Source: Octopus bimaculoides
Taxonomy: Eukaryota
Reading direction: 5' to 3'
Assembly (NCBI RefSeq): GCF_001194135.2
Contig: NC_069008.1
Coordinates: 9,052,391 to 9,116,390 of the forward strand
DNA: 64,000 nt
A program made the position numbers and the translations under genes. Position 1 is the stretch's first letter; each line of letters starts with the position of its first letter. The notes under the pieces are model-generated. The model was given only the letters and a program-made list of their open reading frames with translations, did not search any database and was not told the DNA's origin. This document shows, piece after piece, positions 25,796 to 37,340 of this stretch.

Positions 25796-26075
25796 CAGAC
25801 TGTCCTCATTTAATGACCTACCTATTTAACGACCACTTGGAGTTACGACGAACTTTACAAGCCGTCATTACATATTTTACAAAATATAAAACTTAAAAAC
25901 TTTAACTGTCGTATTATGCGCTGTACGGGAACTGCCATCGTGATGGCAGCGCATCCCGAGCACTCAGCCTCACGCTCGCTCTCTCTCACTCTCCCGCCTG
26001 TGGTCAGCCAGGCAACACAGTGACACTCTCTGTACCTATATTACTATTTCGTCTCTTTTTTTGTAAACACAGTTT
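25796..26075. mobile_element. pogo/Tigger-like MITE fragment
   Basis: TA followed by CAGACTGTCCTCATTTAATGACC...TTTAACGACC, a pogo-type TIR start, with a CpG-richer interior. The right end was not identified. Confidence 0.4.
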
Positions 26076-26476
26076 CATGGGTGCCTTTTACGTGTCACCA
26101 GCACAGGTACTTTTCACGTGCCTATGAGTGGCACTCATGCCAGTGACACATAAGAGGCAACACATTACACTTTTGGGGTGTTTGGCATTAGGGAGAGCAC
26201 CCAGCCATAGAAACCGAGCCAAAAGATTGGAGCCTGGTGCAGCTCTCTGGCTTACCAGCTCCAGTCAAACCATCTTACCCATGCCAGCATGGAAAATGGA
26301 GACTAAATGATGATGATGTGAAATATAGGCACTGTGTATAAGCCATGTGTTTTTTCCTCTTTGTAATCAGAAAAAGAAATTGATCTAACTTGACTCACTG
26401 TCTATTAATATTTCATCAGAGATGGTTACTCATTTTGAAAACAGAAATATTAGCTTATAGTTATTTATAGTATATG

Positions 26477-26895
26477 CTCTCTTTACTCTCTTTACTCTTT
26501 TACTTGTTTCAGTCATTTGACTGCGGCCATGCTGGAGCACCGCCTTTAGTCGAGCGAATCGACCCCAGGACTTATTCTTTTTGAAGCCTAGTACTTATTC
26601 TATGAGTCTCTTTTGCTGAACCGCTAAGTTATGGGGACGTAAACACACCAGCATCGGTTGACAACCAATGCTGGGGGGACAAACATAGACACACAAACAC
26701 ACACATACACACATATATATATATACATGTATACGACGGGCTTCTTTCAGTTTCCGTCTACCAAATCCACTCACAAGGCTTTGGTCGGCCTGAGGCTATA
26801 GTAGAAGACGCTTGCCCAAGGTGCCACGCAGTGGCACTGAACCCGAACCATGTGGTTGGTAAGCAAGCTACTTACCACACAGCCATTCCTGCCCG
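26477..26895 (-). mobile_element. Full-length, relatively young tRNA-derived SINE (OR-type)
   Basis: Complete head, core, CA/TA microsatellite, 3' domain and (AAGAGTA)n tail. Many CpGs are retained compared with sister copies. Confidence 0.9.
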
Positions 26896-29079
26896 TACAA
26901 GTCATTCTCTTCATCATAATTTTACATCTGTTTTCCATGCTGGCTTGGGTTAGGTAGCTCAATGGGATCTTACAAGCTGGTGGACATGTCATGCTCTATT
27001 TAAAAAAAACAAAAACTTTTGACATGATTGCTGTGGCTGGATGCTGTTTCTAGTACCAACCACTTGCCTGTGCATACTGGGTGTGTTTTTCACGGCACCA
27101 GCCCTACACAGGTTGCATTGCTGTTGGTGAAAAAGTCATCTCAAGCCCTGCATTGTGTCTACTCAGATCTATCAACAACTACCTAACCCTTTTGCATTTA
27201 AACTCCAGCCTGTTTTATGCCAAAACTGACCAGATCTGACCTCTTACACCTCCACAATGTCATTCTAAAACAATCAATCACATCACCAAATTTTAAAGTT
27301 CAGATAATGCATGATTAATTCAAAGCAATGGGAATAAATAAACAGTATATTTGACGGAATAATCTGAATGCTTTAGGCTTAATGTGTACTGGGTGTTTTT
27401 TGTGGCACCAGCACTGGTGGTTAGGAGGCGGAGCACCTTGCAGCTTGCAAACTGAAAGTGACCACCCATGATGGATGGAACAGATTTATTGTTGGAGGAG
27501 GATAATGGAGATAATAACAGAGGGAAAAGTGTTAGGGGTGGGAGTGATGGAATCAGGGTAAGAGTAACAGTCAGTGTGAAGGAGATAGGTGGAGAACATT
27601 GGGGGAGGGGCAAGCTGAGTTGGTGGACCCACAAATAGAGTAAGTCAGTCTGCTTACCATGTCAGCTTGGGTTGGACTGCTCATCAGGGCCCAAGTTCTT
27701 GGAGTTACATAAAGACTAACAGATGTTTAGTGTAGAGAGAAATTGGAGGGAAAGTGAATTTGGGGCTTAATTGGTTTGTTCTAATTAACCCTCATCCTAT
27801 TTGAGGGAGGCAGTCTGGTAAACAATGTGCAGCCACACATTCTCCAGCTCTAAACCTGAGTATTGGATGCAAACCTGAGTGTCACTGCCCTTAATGTGGA
27901 GGAGAGAAGAATCAATAAATACAAGGGCCAGGTGCTATCAGTTTGTGCTGCATGCCATTGAGATGTCAGATGTTCTTAGGCCCCATACTACCAATTTTCT
28001 CTGCAAAATAGGGATAACGATAGCCCATTAGAGAAATGAGCCATGTGAGGTGGAGAGGCTGCTATATTGAGGGTTGCTAGCCATTTTCTGTTGCAATACC
28101 ATTGCACTCATTATCACAGGATGCGGCTGTGGACCATTGCCCCAACCTCCATCTTCTGCTGCTTTATCCCACTTTTTCTTTTATCTCTTTTTTTTTCTTG
28201 TTTCTTTGTAATTATACATTATAAATAAAATATTTGCACCACTGCCCAAATGTTGGCAATGTGTATTAATTAATTAATTAATACTAATGGATGTTCTAAA
28301 AAGCATTTGTTTTGTTAATTGTCTGGTAGACTTATGGGTATATGATACACGTTCTTAGCAACTACAATATCATCCTCTCTCTCTTCCTCTCTCTCTTCCT
28401 CTCACCTTCCTCTCTCTCTTCCTTTTCTTCTCTCCTTTTCCTCTCTCTCTCTCTCTCTCTCCCTCTTCCCCCCTCTCCCTCCCTCTTACTTCCTCTCCTT
28501 CTCTCTCTGGTCCAAAAAATGATCAGCTGAACTGTGATGAAGTAATGATAACCACTGAAACTAGGTTGGTTTCAGTGGTTTTTAAGGAAGAAAGAAAATT
28601 TTCGTTTTCTGATACCACAGAAAGACAAAAAAAGGCCATGGTTTGACCAGAGTATCTACTTTTCATAGTCAGATTAAAAATCTGTTTACTAACAACACAT
28701 CTTTTAAGTCTGTTTTACTTCTCCATTGCACCACGTCTCAATAAAAATGTTGTGAGGTGCTTCTCTCTCTCAGTGCTACTTTAGCATGCAGTCTATTGCA
28801 ATATCTGCAGTTATTGCTGTGAATGACATGATCTGGTTTACAATTAACCCTATTTAAGGGGCACATGATGTTTTGGTATGTGTAACCAAAAAGATCAAAG
28901 GTTTTTATTTTCTGAAGTAAAGATTATTTTCCAACATAACATGGCAGTCCTGGTTTAGGACGAATGTTGTTGTAATTTAGCCCCAGGAGACATCGTCTCC
29001 AGCTGGCTATACGACATGATCTGTGCCCTTATATTTTTGAACAAGGGAATCTAGCACCCCCACTCAGCTCAAAACAATA

Positions 29080-29124
29080 TCTGTGTATCGCAATTTCTGG
29101 GTTATTTCCCTTCATCAGCACTGA
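29080..29124 (-). ncRNA. Minimal type-I hammerhead-ribozyme-like motif (Penelope-like remnant), copy 1
   Basis: Minus strand reads TCAGTG-CTGATGA-AGGG aaataa CCCA-GAAA-TTGCGA-TA-CACAGA. The core is intact, stem I has 5 of 6 pairs, stem II is GGG/CCC, stem III is near-palindromic, and the cleavage triplet is AUA. Confidence 0.6.
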
Positions 29125-29302
29125 ATAATTGTTTGGCTAGAGGTGGCGCTACCAAATTCCCATTTTTCTTTTTTCTGTTGTGATTGAAATTGATGGATGC
29201 TTATAGAAAACTAAGGATAAAGTGTCTGAAACTATTTTATTAGTATGTAAAACTATATAAGTTATATAATTTTAAATTATATCTACTGAAAGACGATCCC
29301 TG

Positions 29303-29344
29303 ATCAGCTATTACATTTCAAAACATTTGTTTCATCAGGCTGAT
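29303..29344 (-). ncRNA. Minimal type-I hammerhead-ribozyme-like motif, copy 2
   Basis: Minus strand reads ATCAGC-CTGATGA-AAC aaat GTT TT-GAAA-TGTAA-TA-GCTGAT. Stem I is a perfect 6 bp, the core is intact, stem III is 2 bp and the triplet is AUA. Stem II is imperfect. Confidence 0.55.
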
Positions 29345-29920
29345 GGATTGTCCTCAGAGTCCTTTCAGCTTGTATCACTTGGGCTGATCAATTGGCCTGG
29401 GTGTCCCAAGAGGGTTAAACTGCATACTAAAGTGTAAATGGCCAGGTAGACCACATACTAAAGTGGTACTTCTCTCTCTCTCTCTCCCCCCCATCTAGTT
29501 GCACTCATAATCACAAGATCATGGTTTTGATCCCTGGACCAAGCAATGCATTTTGTTTGTGAACAAACACATCATTTTATGTTGCTCCAGAATGGCATCC
29601 CTCTCAGAGGGTATGTTCATATTCATGATCACTTGTATGCCAATAGGCCTGCTTGCCTACTCAGCAAGGTGGTGTTGTTTGAGTGTTACAACAGTGTGAG
29701 AAAATGCATTGTGACCAGTGGTGTGTAACAATATCCAGTAGTTTGGTTGATATAGTGATGTCATGCAGTCATGCTGGAGCACTGCCTTGACACTTTTTAG
29801 TTGAATAAATCAACACCAGTACATTTTTTTTTAACCTTGGTACTAATTTTGTTGGAATCTTTTGCTGAACTGCTAAGTTACAGGGATGTAAACACACCAC
29901 CTGTTGTCAAGCAGTGGTCT

Positions 29921-30019
<99 letters not shown>

Positions 30020-30399
30020 GCTTTCAGTTTCCGTCTACCATTTCCATTCACAAGGCTTTGGTTGGTCTGAGGCTGTAGTAGAAGACACTTGCCCAAGGTG
30101 CCACACAGTGGGACTGAACCCTGAACCATGTGTTTGGAAGCAAGCTTCTTGCCACACACACACACACACAGCCGAAGCAGACACAGTAGCCTGGGGTAGT
30201 CTTCCACCTGGCTGGTTCCTGTCAAACCGTCCAACCCATGCCTGCATGGAAGAAAGACGTTAAACGATGATGATGATGATGGTAATGGTGTTGATCCTAC
30301 TCTCCCAAAATTGATTTGTGAAATTAATGGTAAGGTGAGTGAGCAATTGTGATGTGTGTGTCTGTGTGTGTAACTAATATATATTAAAAACACTCTTCA

Positions 30400-30770
30400 T
30401 CGTTATACCGTTACAGTTACCATATATATCTCCCACCCCGCAGAATATGCTCACCCACACGCAGTGTGTATATTCTTCTCCCCCTCCTTTCTCTCTACTC
30501 ATACTGCATTCATTTCTCTGTTTTGTTCTGTTCTTCCCTGTCCCCTCCCCCCTTTTTTTTCTCTTCCTCATCATCCCCTTCTTTTTTTTTGTCTATCCAA
30601 CCTTGCTAACTCTACCATGGCAATGTAGGTAGCAGTGACCCAGTTGCTGAAGACTCCCTACCCATTTCATCTCTGTCAGCAGCAGCAGCAGTTACTGCGG
30701 TAGGATTTTGTCGGAAGCACAAATATTTGGTCTGTAAGCTATATACCGTGATAGTATAGTGCGGTATGTG
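30400..30770. promoter_or_regulatory. Candidate promoter/first-exon region with outward-facing splice donors
   Basis: Non-repetitive and CpG-richer than the background. There is a plus donor GCG|GTATGT (30764-30769) and a minus donor TGG|GTGAGC (30454-30449). No transcript evidence. Confidence 0.3.
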
Positions 30771-31782
30771 TGTAAATGAGAGGCTTGTGTGTGTGTGTGT
30801 GGGTGGTAGTGTGAGAAATTTTGTACTGAAAAAAGAAAAAAAAATGAAATTACATCAGACTGCTGACTCCTGTTAAATTTACGTGTATGTGTGTAATATC
30901 TGCATGTGTGTATATGTGTGTTTATAAAATACAACCAAAAATTAAAAAAATAAATCAGAAAGACGAGATGAATGAATAGCAAACAGGGTGTATTTGTTAA
31001 ATACTCAGGAAAAATGGAAGATGAAAGATAAAAAGGAGAGAAAGAAAAAAACGTGTTTAAATTGTGAGTATATACAGATGTATATACTCATTCATAGACA
31101 TGTATATTTGTGTGTATATATACACACACACACATATTTACCCATACACACGTATGAATCTCTACTTATACCTTTTTCTCTCTTTTACTTGTTTCAACCA
31201 TTAGACTGCGGCCGTGCTGGGGCACCACCGTGAAGAATGTTTTAGTTGAATGAATCGGCTTCAATACTTAAAATTTTTTTAAAGCTAGGTACTTATTCTA
31301 TCGATCTTTTCGCTGAACCGCTAAGTTACTGGGACGTAAGCACACCAACACCGGTTTTCAAGCGGTAGTAGAAGACCCACTCAAAGACTCACACACACAC
31401 TTGTATATACACATATACAATGGGCTTCTTTCAGTTTCCGTCACAAGGCTTTGGTCAGCGTAGGGCTATAGTAGAAGACACCGGCCCAAGGTGCCACGCA
31501 GTGGCACTGAACCTGGAACCATGTGGCTCGAAAACAAGCTTCTTACCACACAGCTACGCTTGTGTCTATATTGTATTTCTTTTATCTTTTACTTGCTTCA
31601 GTCATTAGGCTGTGGCCATGCTGGGGCACTGCCCTGAAGAATTTTTTGTCAAATGAACTGACCCCAGTACTTATTTTTAAGTTTGGTACTTATCCTATCG
31701 GTCTCTTTTGCTGAACTGCTAGTTTCAGGGGTATAAACAAACCAAAACCAGTTGTCAAGCAATGGTGGAGGACAAACACAAA

Positions 31783-31815
<33 letters not shown>

Positions 31816-32513
31816 TGAGCTCGTTTCAGTTTCCATGTATCAAATCCACTCACAAGGCTTTGGTCAATCCGGTTCTATTGTAGAAGTTACTTGGGACTGA
31901 ATTCAAAACTAAATGGTTAGGAGATGACTTTGCAAGTTTAAGTAACTTATAACTGAATGTTAGCTTTCAGTAGAAAGTGTTTTATCTTTGGCTCCAGAAG
32001 AACATGTTCACCTAGTTTTGTTCCAGCCCAAGTGTACCCCCCCCCATTCTAGTGCCCATGTATATCCATACAGTATCTTCATACACCAGTGTTGTCCACA
32101 GAAAATCGCTTTGTTTCCAGCAACAGTTAATAATCCTCTCGATGTTTTCACCCCACATTTTTACTGCCTACTATGCTTTCAATTCACCCATCTCCTCTGC
32201 TAATTACATCACCTAGGTAACAAACACTATCAACTACTTTTGGAGTCTGCTGAGCATTTGAAAATATTAATTTCACTGGTGCAATTTGCTGCTAACTACT
32301 ACTGTACAGAATGTACCTTCTCTGTTAACCCGCTTGTGATCCTGTAATCTTTCTTATGCATTCATAGCTTACATTAAGTGCAGCATATGGTTTTTCTACA
32401 TATTTTGTTTCTGCATTATTAACCATGACCACTGCCCAAAAGGTCATAGAACCATGTATTCTTGTTAACTAAAACGTTTGTGTGTTTGGTTTACTTTCAT
32501 CTTTTAGCATTTA

Positions 32514-33199
32514 GGTAATATGTATCCCCACTTTAAAGTGGATATTCTGTTTGAACAAATTATACTATGGTAAATGCCATAAGAGGAACTCTTATATTGG
32601 CTTTTGGTGCAAAATGCACTTGTGAGGAGATAAATCCATGCCACTTCCAGTGCTGGCACTACCAGATTGCCAGTAAGCTTGTTAAAATATAATTTAGAAG
32701 CTGTATGAATACCAAGAGGTAATATTTATCCCCACTTAAACGTGGATGTTCTGTTGGAACAAGCTATACTGCCATAGATACCATGAGAGAAACTGTAATG
32801 TAGTCTTTTGATGCCATATGCACTCTTGTTTATATTGCTAGGATTGTTTATATCTGTCACTAGTATATATTTTGTAACAAGCGCACTGGCTAATCATTAC
32901 ACCAGTGCCTAGCACTGTTTTTCTATACATCACTAGCAGGGAGATGAGTTTCCATTATCACAGCCAGTTGAGTATCCATCATTGCAAAGACCAAGGAAGG
33001 TTGAAATCACTTGATCTATTGATCTTGGTGCAGGAGATGACAGAGATTTATCTCCCTGTTAGTGATATAAATGAGAGTGCATTTTGCACCAAAAGCCAAT
33101 ATGGGGGGTTCTCTCATGGTATTTACTGCAGTATAGTTTGTTCTAAGAGAACATCCACATTTAAGTGGGGATAAAGATTATCTCTCGGTATTAATACTG
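32514..33199. repeat. Three copies of a ~130-160-bp unit: two direct (32514, ~32718; period ~204 bp) and one inverted (33040-33199)
   Basis: The shared core tatccccacttaaa(c/t)gtggatgttct...ccatgagagaa...cttttggtgcaaaatgcact is present forward twice and once as the reverse complement. Confidence 0.85.
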
Positions 33200-33216
33200 T
33201 CTTTGTCACTAATATA

Positions 33217-34442
33217 TTGGGTTGGCAACTAAGTTCCCACCGTTTTTTTAAAATTTAAATTTTTTAAAAGGTTTAATAAAAAAAATAACAATTAATTAAT
33301 GTATTCACCTTTGTTGTTTAAAACTTCTTCCCAACTTTCAACAAGATTTCCAATGCCTCGTTGGTAGAAATCACCCGATTTCGACTTGAAAAATTGATCC
33401 AACCAAGCTGTCAATTCTGCATCAGTATTGAAGGAAACTCCACACATAGCATTTGAAAGAGGTGGAAATCCATTGGTGCCAAATCAGGAGTGTATGGTGG
33501 GTGTGGCAGCACTTCCCAGCCTTGCGTTTGAATGGCTTCCTCGGTCATATTGGCGATATGAGGGTGGGCGGTGTCGTGCAACAGAAGAACTCCATGCTGC
33601 CGATTAGGTCTTTTCTCTTGAATAGCCATGTTGAGTCGTTCCACCTGTTGAACATAGAATTCTGTGTTGACCGTTTGGTTCCATTCAAGCAGTTCATAAT
33701 GGATAATCCCTTCCCAATCCCACCATATGCACAACATCATTCTACGCGGATGAAGATCTTGTTTACCGGGGCTAAGCCTTTCTTTATGCTGCTTCATATT
33801 GATGTACAGGCACCATTTTTCGTCGCCAGTAACGATTCGGTAAAGAAATCGTTGCTTGTGTCCATGAGTTGAGCAGTAACGAGCAAGCAAACCAGCGGAG
33901 ATTGTGGCTTGTTGATTTTTGTTGTTGTCACTTAAAGCATGCGGAACCCATGCTCCATACTTCTGAACCTTTCCCATCGAGTGAAGATGCTTCTCTATAG
34001 CAGTGTGTGAGCATTCCATTTTCTCTGCCAGTTCCCTTGTCATTTGATGAGTATTTTCATGCAAAAGTTGGTTTAATCGATCTTCATCGAACTCAACTGG
34101 ACAGCCAGAACATCTTTGAGATCAAAATTTCCATTTTTGAACTTGGTATACCAATCACGAGTGGTTCTTTCAGCTATGACACCCTCTCCATACACGGCAC
34201 AAATGTCGCAAGCAGCTTTTGGGACCTTAGAACCTTAATTAAAAGCAAAAAGGTGTCCAAAATGCTCGTTTTTCTTAACTTGACATTCCATTTTAATGAT
34301 CTGAAAATAAACAAAAATTAACGAAAATTAACAAGAGAGAGAAAAAAAAAAAAAGATTCCAAAATGATTCAAAAATAGAATTCTTGAAAAAAATAGATTC
34401 CAAAATTTTAAATGAATGGCGGGAACTTAGTTGCCAACCCAA
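33217..34442 (-). mobile_element. Near full-length mariner transposon (mellifera-subfamily-like), 1226 bp
   Basis: TIRs TTGGGTTGGCAACTAAGTTCCC / GGGAACTTAGTTGCCAACCCAA, with TA on both flanks (33215-16, 34443-44). Confidence 0.95.
33292..34291 (-). pseudogene. Mariner DD34D transposase pseudogene
   Basis: MECQVKKNEHF...CAVYGEGV...WVPHAL...IVTGDEKW...LHDTAHPH...HPPYTPDLAPMDFHLF...NKGEYIN*. It has one early stop, two frameshifts and a short internal deletion before DLHPRR. Confidence 0.92.
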
Positions 34443-34761
34443 TATATCCTTTAGCATTTAAACTAGTANNNNNNNNNNNNNNNNNNNNNNNNNNNNNNNN
34501 NNNNNNNNNNNNNNNNNNNNNNNNNNNNNNNNNNNNNNNNNNNNNNNNNNNNNNNNNNNNNNNNNNNNNNNNNNNNNNNNNNNNNNNNNNNNNNNNNNNN
34601 NNTCTAGTCTACATGCATTATGATCAGCGTTTGCCAGATCTGGCCTCCCACAGCTACCTTGCAATGTCATTCTACAAATAAACAATCACACTGAAATCTT
34701 GAAGCCATAATTACTTCAAAACAATGTGCATCAACGTCACTCAAACTGCTTTCACAAATTC

Positions 34762-35255
34762 CCATGACTCCCTGTCACCATCCAGTTCCGTTATTATGGA
34801 TTTGAATTGGAAACTTGAGTTATGGTGAATCTTTCATTACTTGATTACACAATCAGGGATGCCACCCCTATGGATGCATTGCAGTCACTCTCTTCATAGA
34901 ACTTGGTGATCCTAACAGTTAATCTTCTAGCATTCCTCCACTCAGCATCACCGTAAGAAGCACTGCTGCCTCTTCCCAATTTGCCATGATGCTTTTGCAG
35001 ATTGCCATGAGTCCCTGTAACCATCCAGTTCTATTAATATAAATTTGAATTGGGAGCTTGAGTCACAGTGAATCTTTCATTAGCTGATTCCGCAACTACG
35101 GATGCCACCCCTATGGATGTATTGCAGTCACTCTCTTCATAGAATTTGGTGATCCTCGGATTCCTTCACTTGGCATCACTAAGAAGCATCATTGGCTCAG
35201 TTGAGCTCTTCTGCTACCTTTTCACAATCTGCTCTGCTGCAATCCCATGACTTCA
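34762..35255. repeat. Tandem duplication, 243-bp period (2 copies plus the start of a third)
   Basis: The markers ccatccagtt (34778, 35021) and gatgccacccctatggatg (34858, 35101) are both exactly 243 bp apart. Confidence 0.9.
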
Positions 35256-36959
35256 CAATATCCCTGGCAGGGTGGCTGAATGGATGCTATGCCTATAACT
35301 CTACCAGGCATGTTCATCACTCTGTGAGGTATTTTCAAATTACCTGAATACCCAAGTGAATAAATAAGCATTACATTTGACAGAGTAATTTGATTACTAA
35401 AGGATTAAAGTATCTCTATTCTGGGCTCTGCTTATTTGTTTGGTATATTTTGTTGACAGTGTCTCTATATATATAGCTTGCAGAAGAGAGATAAAGGAAT
35501 AATCTTTGATTTAGGTCAAAAGACTGCGAAGAGATGTAGATAATTTGCTGTATATATATTATCATGTATATGCATATATATGTATAGAGCAGATTGTATG
35601 GTGCTTGTGTACAAAGTGCATGTAGTGAAGTGTATGCATCTATGAGTACCAAAACTTATCAAACATTTTGAATCTTCATACATTGCTAACTTGGCTAGTT
35701 TCTCTTCTTTTCTTTTTATACTTTCTGTCTCTCATTCCAACATGTCTGATCATAACCTGTTATTTTCTTTTTCTTCTCTTCATCTGCTTTCTTTCCTCAT
35801 TTTTTTTTTCTGTAGATGAGTTTAGGCTCAAAACATCCAAAATTTCTTCCATTTTTCTTGAGCATCAAACTAATGCACTTTGTTTGCTGTTCCCTTACCT
35901 GTCTCTGTCTTTTGCTTTTTGTACAACTTTGATATATATATATATATATATCATCATCATCATAATCATTTAACATCTTTTTTCTATGCTGGCATGGGTT
36001 GGACAGTTTGACAGGAGCTGGTAAGCCAGCAAGCTGCACCAGGCTCCAATTGTCTGTTTTGGCTTGGTTTTGGTTTCTGTGGCTGGATACCCTTCCTAAT
36101 GCCAACTACTTTACAGAGTGCATGGTGTTCTTTATACATGGCACCAGCATGGGTGCTTTTTACATCTCACCAGCACCCATGAGCTTGCAAGACAACTGAG
36201 AGGAGGAGGGGAACCAAGAGATTAGTATATGGTAGGGGGACAGAGGTAGCCCTTTTACTGTTGAGGAGATACTTGGCTACCTCTGTAGGACAAGAAGGTG
36301 AGAGAGAAATAGAGAGACAGTCAAAGCGTGCGAGAGAGCCTGCCCACGGGGAACAGCGGAGGGGGTAGTATAATTAGTACAGAGAGGATAGAGGCAGGGA
36401 TATTCCTTAGGAGTGTGAAGGGAGATATTTAGAGATAGAGATGCTTTCCAACCATATTGTCCTACTGTTTGGCACCTTGGGCAAGTGTCTTCTACTGTAG
36501 CCTCAGGCTGACCAAAGCCTTGTGAGTGGATTTGGTAGACAGAAACTGAAGGAAGCCTGTGGTATATATGTGTGTGTGTGTGTGTGTGTCTATGCATGTG
36601 TGTCCTGACAACCAGTGTTAGTGTGTTTTGGTCCCCGTAACTTAATGGTTTGGGAAAAAAAAAGACAATAGAATAAGTACTAGGCTTAAGAAATAACTCC
36701 TGTGGTTGATTTGTTTGATTAAAAACCCTCCAAGGCAGTGCTCCAGCATGGCCACAGTCAAATGACTGAAACAAGTAAAAGAATAATAACAAGTGATGAT
36801 GAGAGGAATTGGAAGTTGCTAGGAGTGGGTAGTATAGATATGTGAGGGCATGGAGAGTGTGCAAATAGGTGCACAAGGGAGAGTGGAGGGGCCTACAGTA
36901 GGTGCTGGAGGTGTGAGGAAGATGGGCTGTGGGAGAGTCTGACATAGGACAGAATTACA

Positions 36960-37340
36960 TGTGTGAAAGAGGGGGTGGGCATGGACTATAAAGGATATGC
37001 CTGTATGTATGGTTGGCCATGATTTTACTTAGTTTGATGTGTCTTCTCAAGCATAGCAAATTTCCTGAAGTTTCGCTCTCTTCTCCTCTTTTAAGTGAGG
37101 CTCAACATCTGAAGATCATTTCTCACCACTTCATCTCGCGTCTTCCTCGGTTTACCCCTTCCACAGGTTCCCTCCTCAATTAAAGATCAGCTCTTCACAC
37201 AGCTGTCCTCATCTACATGTATCACATGACCAGACCAGTGTAGTCTTCTCTCTTGCACATATCTGATGCCTCTTATATTCAATTTTTTTCTCAAATCACT
37301 TACACTCTGTTGTACATGCACCCTGGCATTACCCATTCAG
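36960..37340 (-). mobile_element. 3' fragment of an RTE LINE
   Basis: Minus translation VQERRLHWSGHVIHVDEDSCVK...GRGKPRKTRDEVVRNDLQMLSLT. It is followed by the 3' sequence shared with copies at ~20440 and ~55650. Confidence 0.75.

Noticed and set aside
27660-28150. Possible exon or LINE endonuclease fragment
   Set aside because: There is only faint TE-like peptide similarity with many stops, too weak to call.
29135-29152. Second CTCF-like motif (ctagaggtggcgct)
   Set aside because: The 5' half of the consensus mismatches and it lies in a repeat remnant.
34762-35255. CRISPR-like or other prokaryotic repeat arrays
   Set aside because: The repeats are long tandem duplications without unique spacers. 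The context is eukaryotic and there are no cas-like ORFs anywhere in the window.
36277-36945. 222-aa minus-strand ORF
   Set aside because: It runs through an OR-type SINE and CA repeats and has low-complexity composition with no domain.
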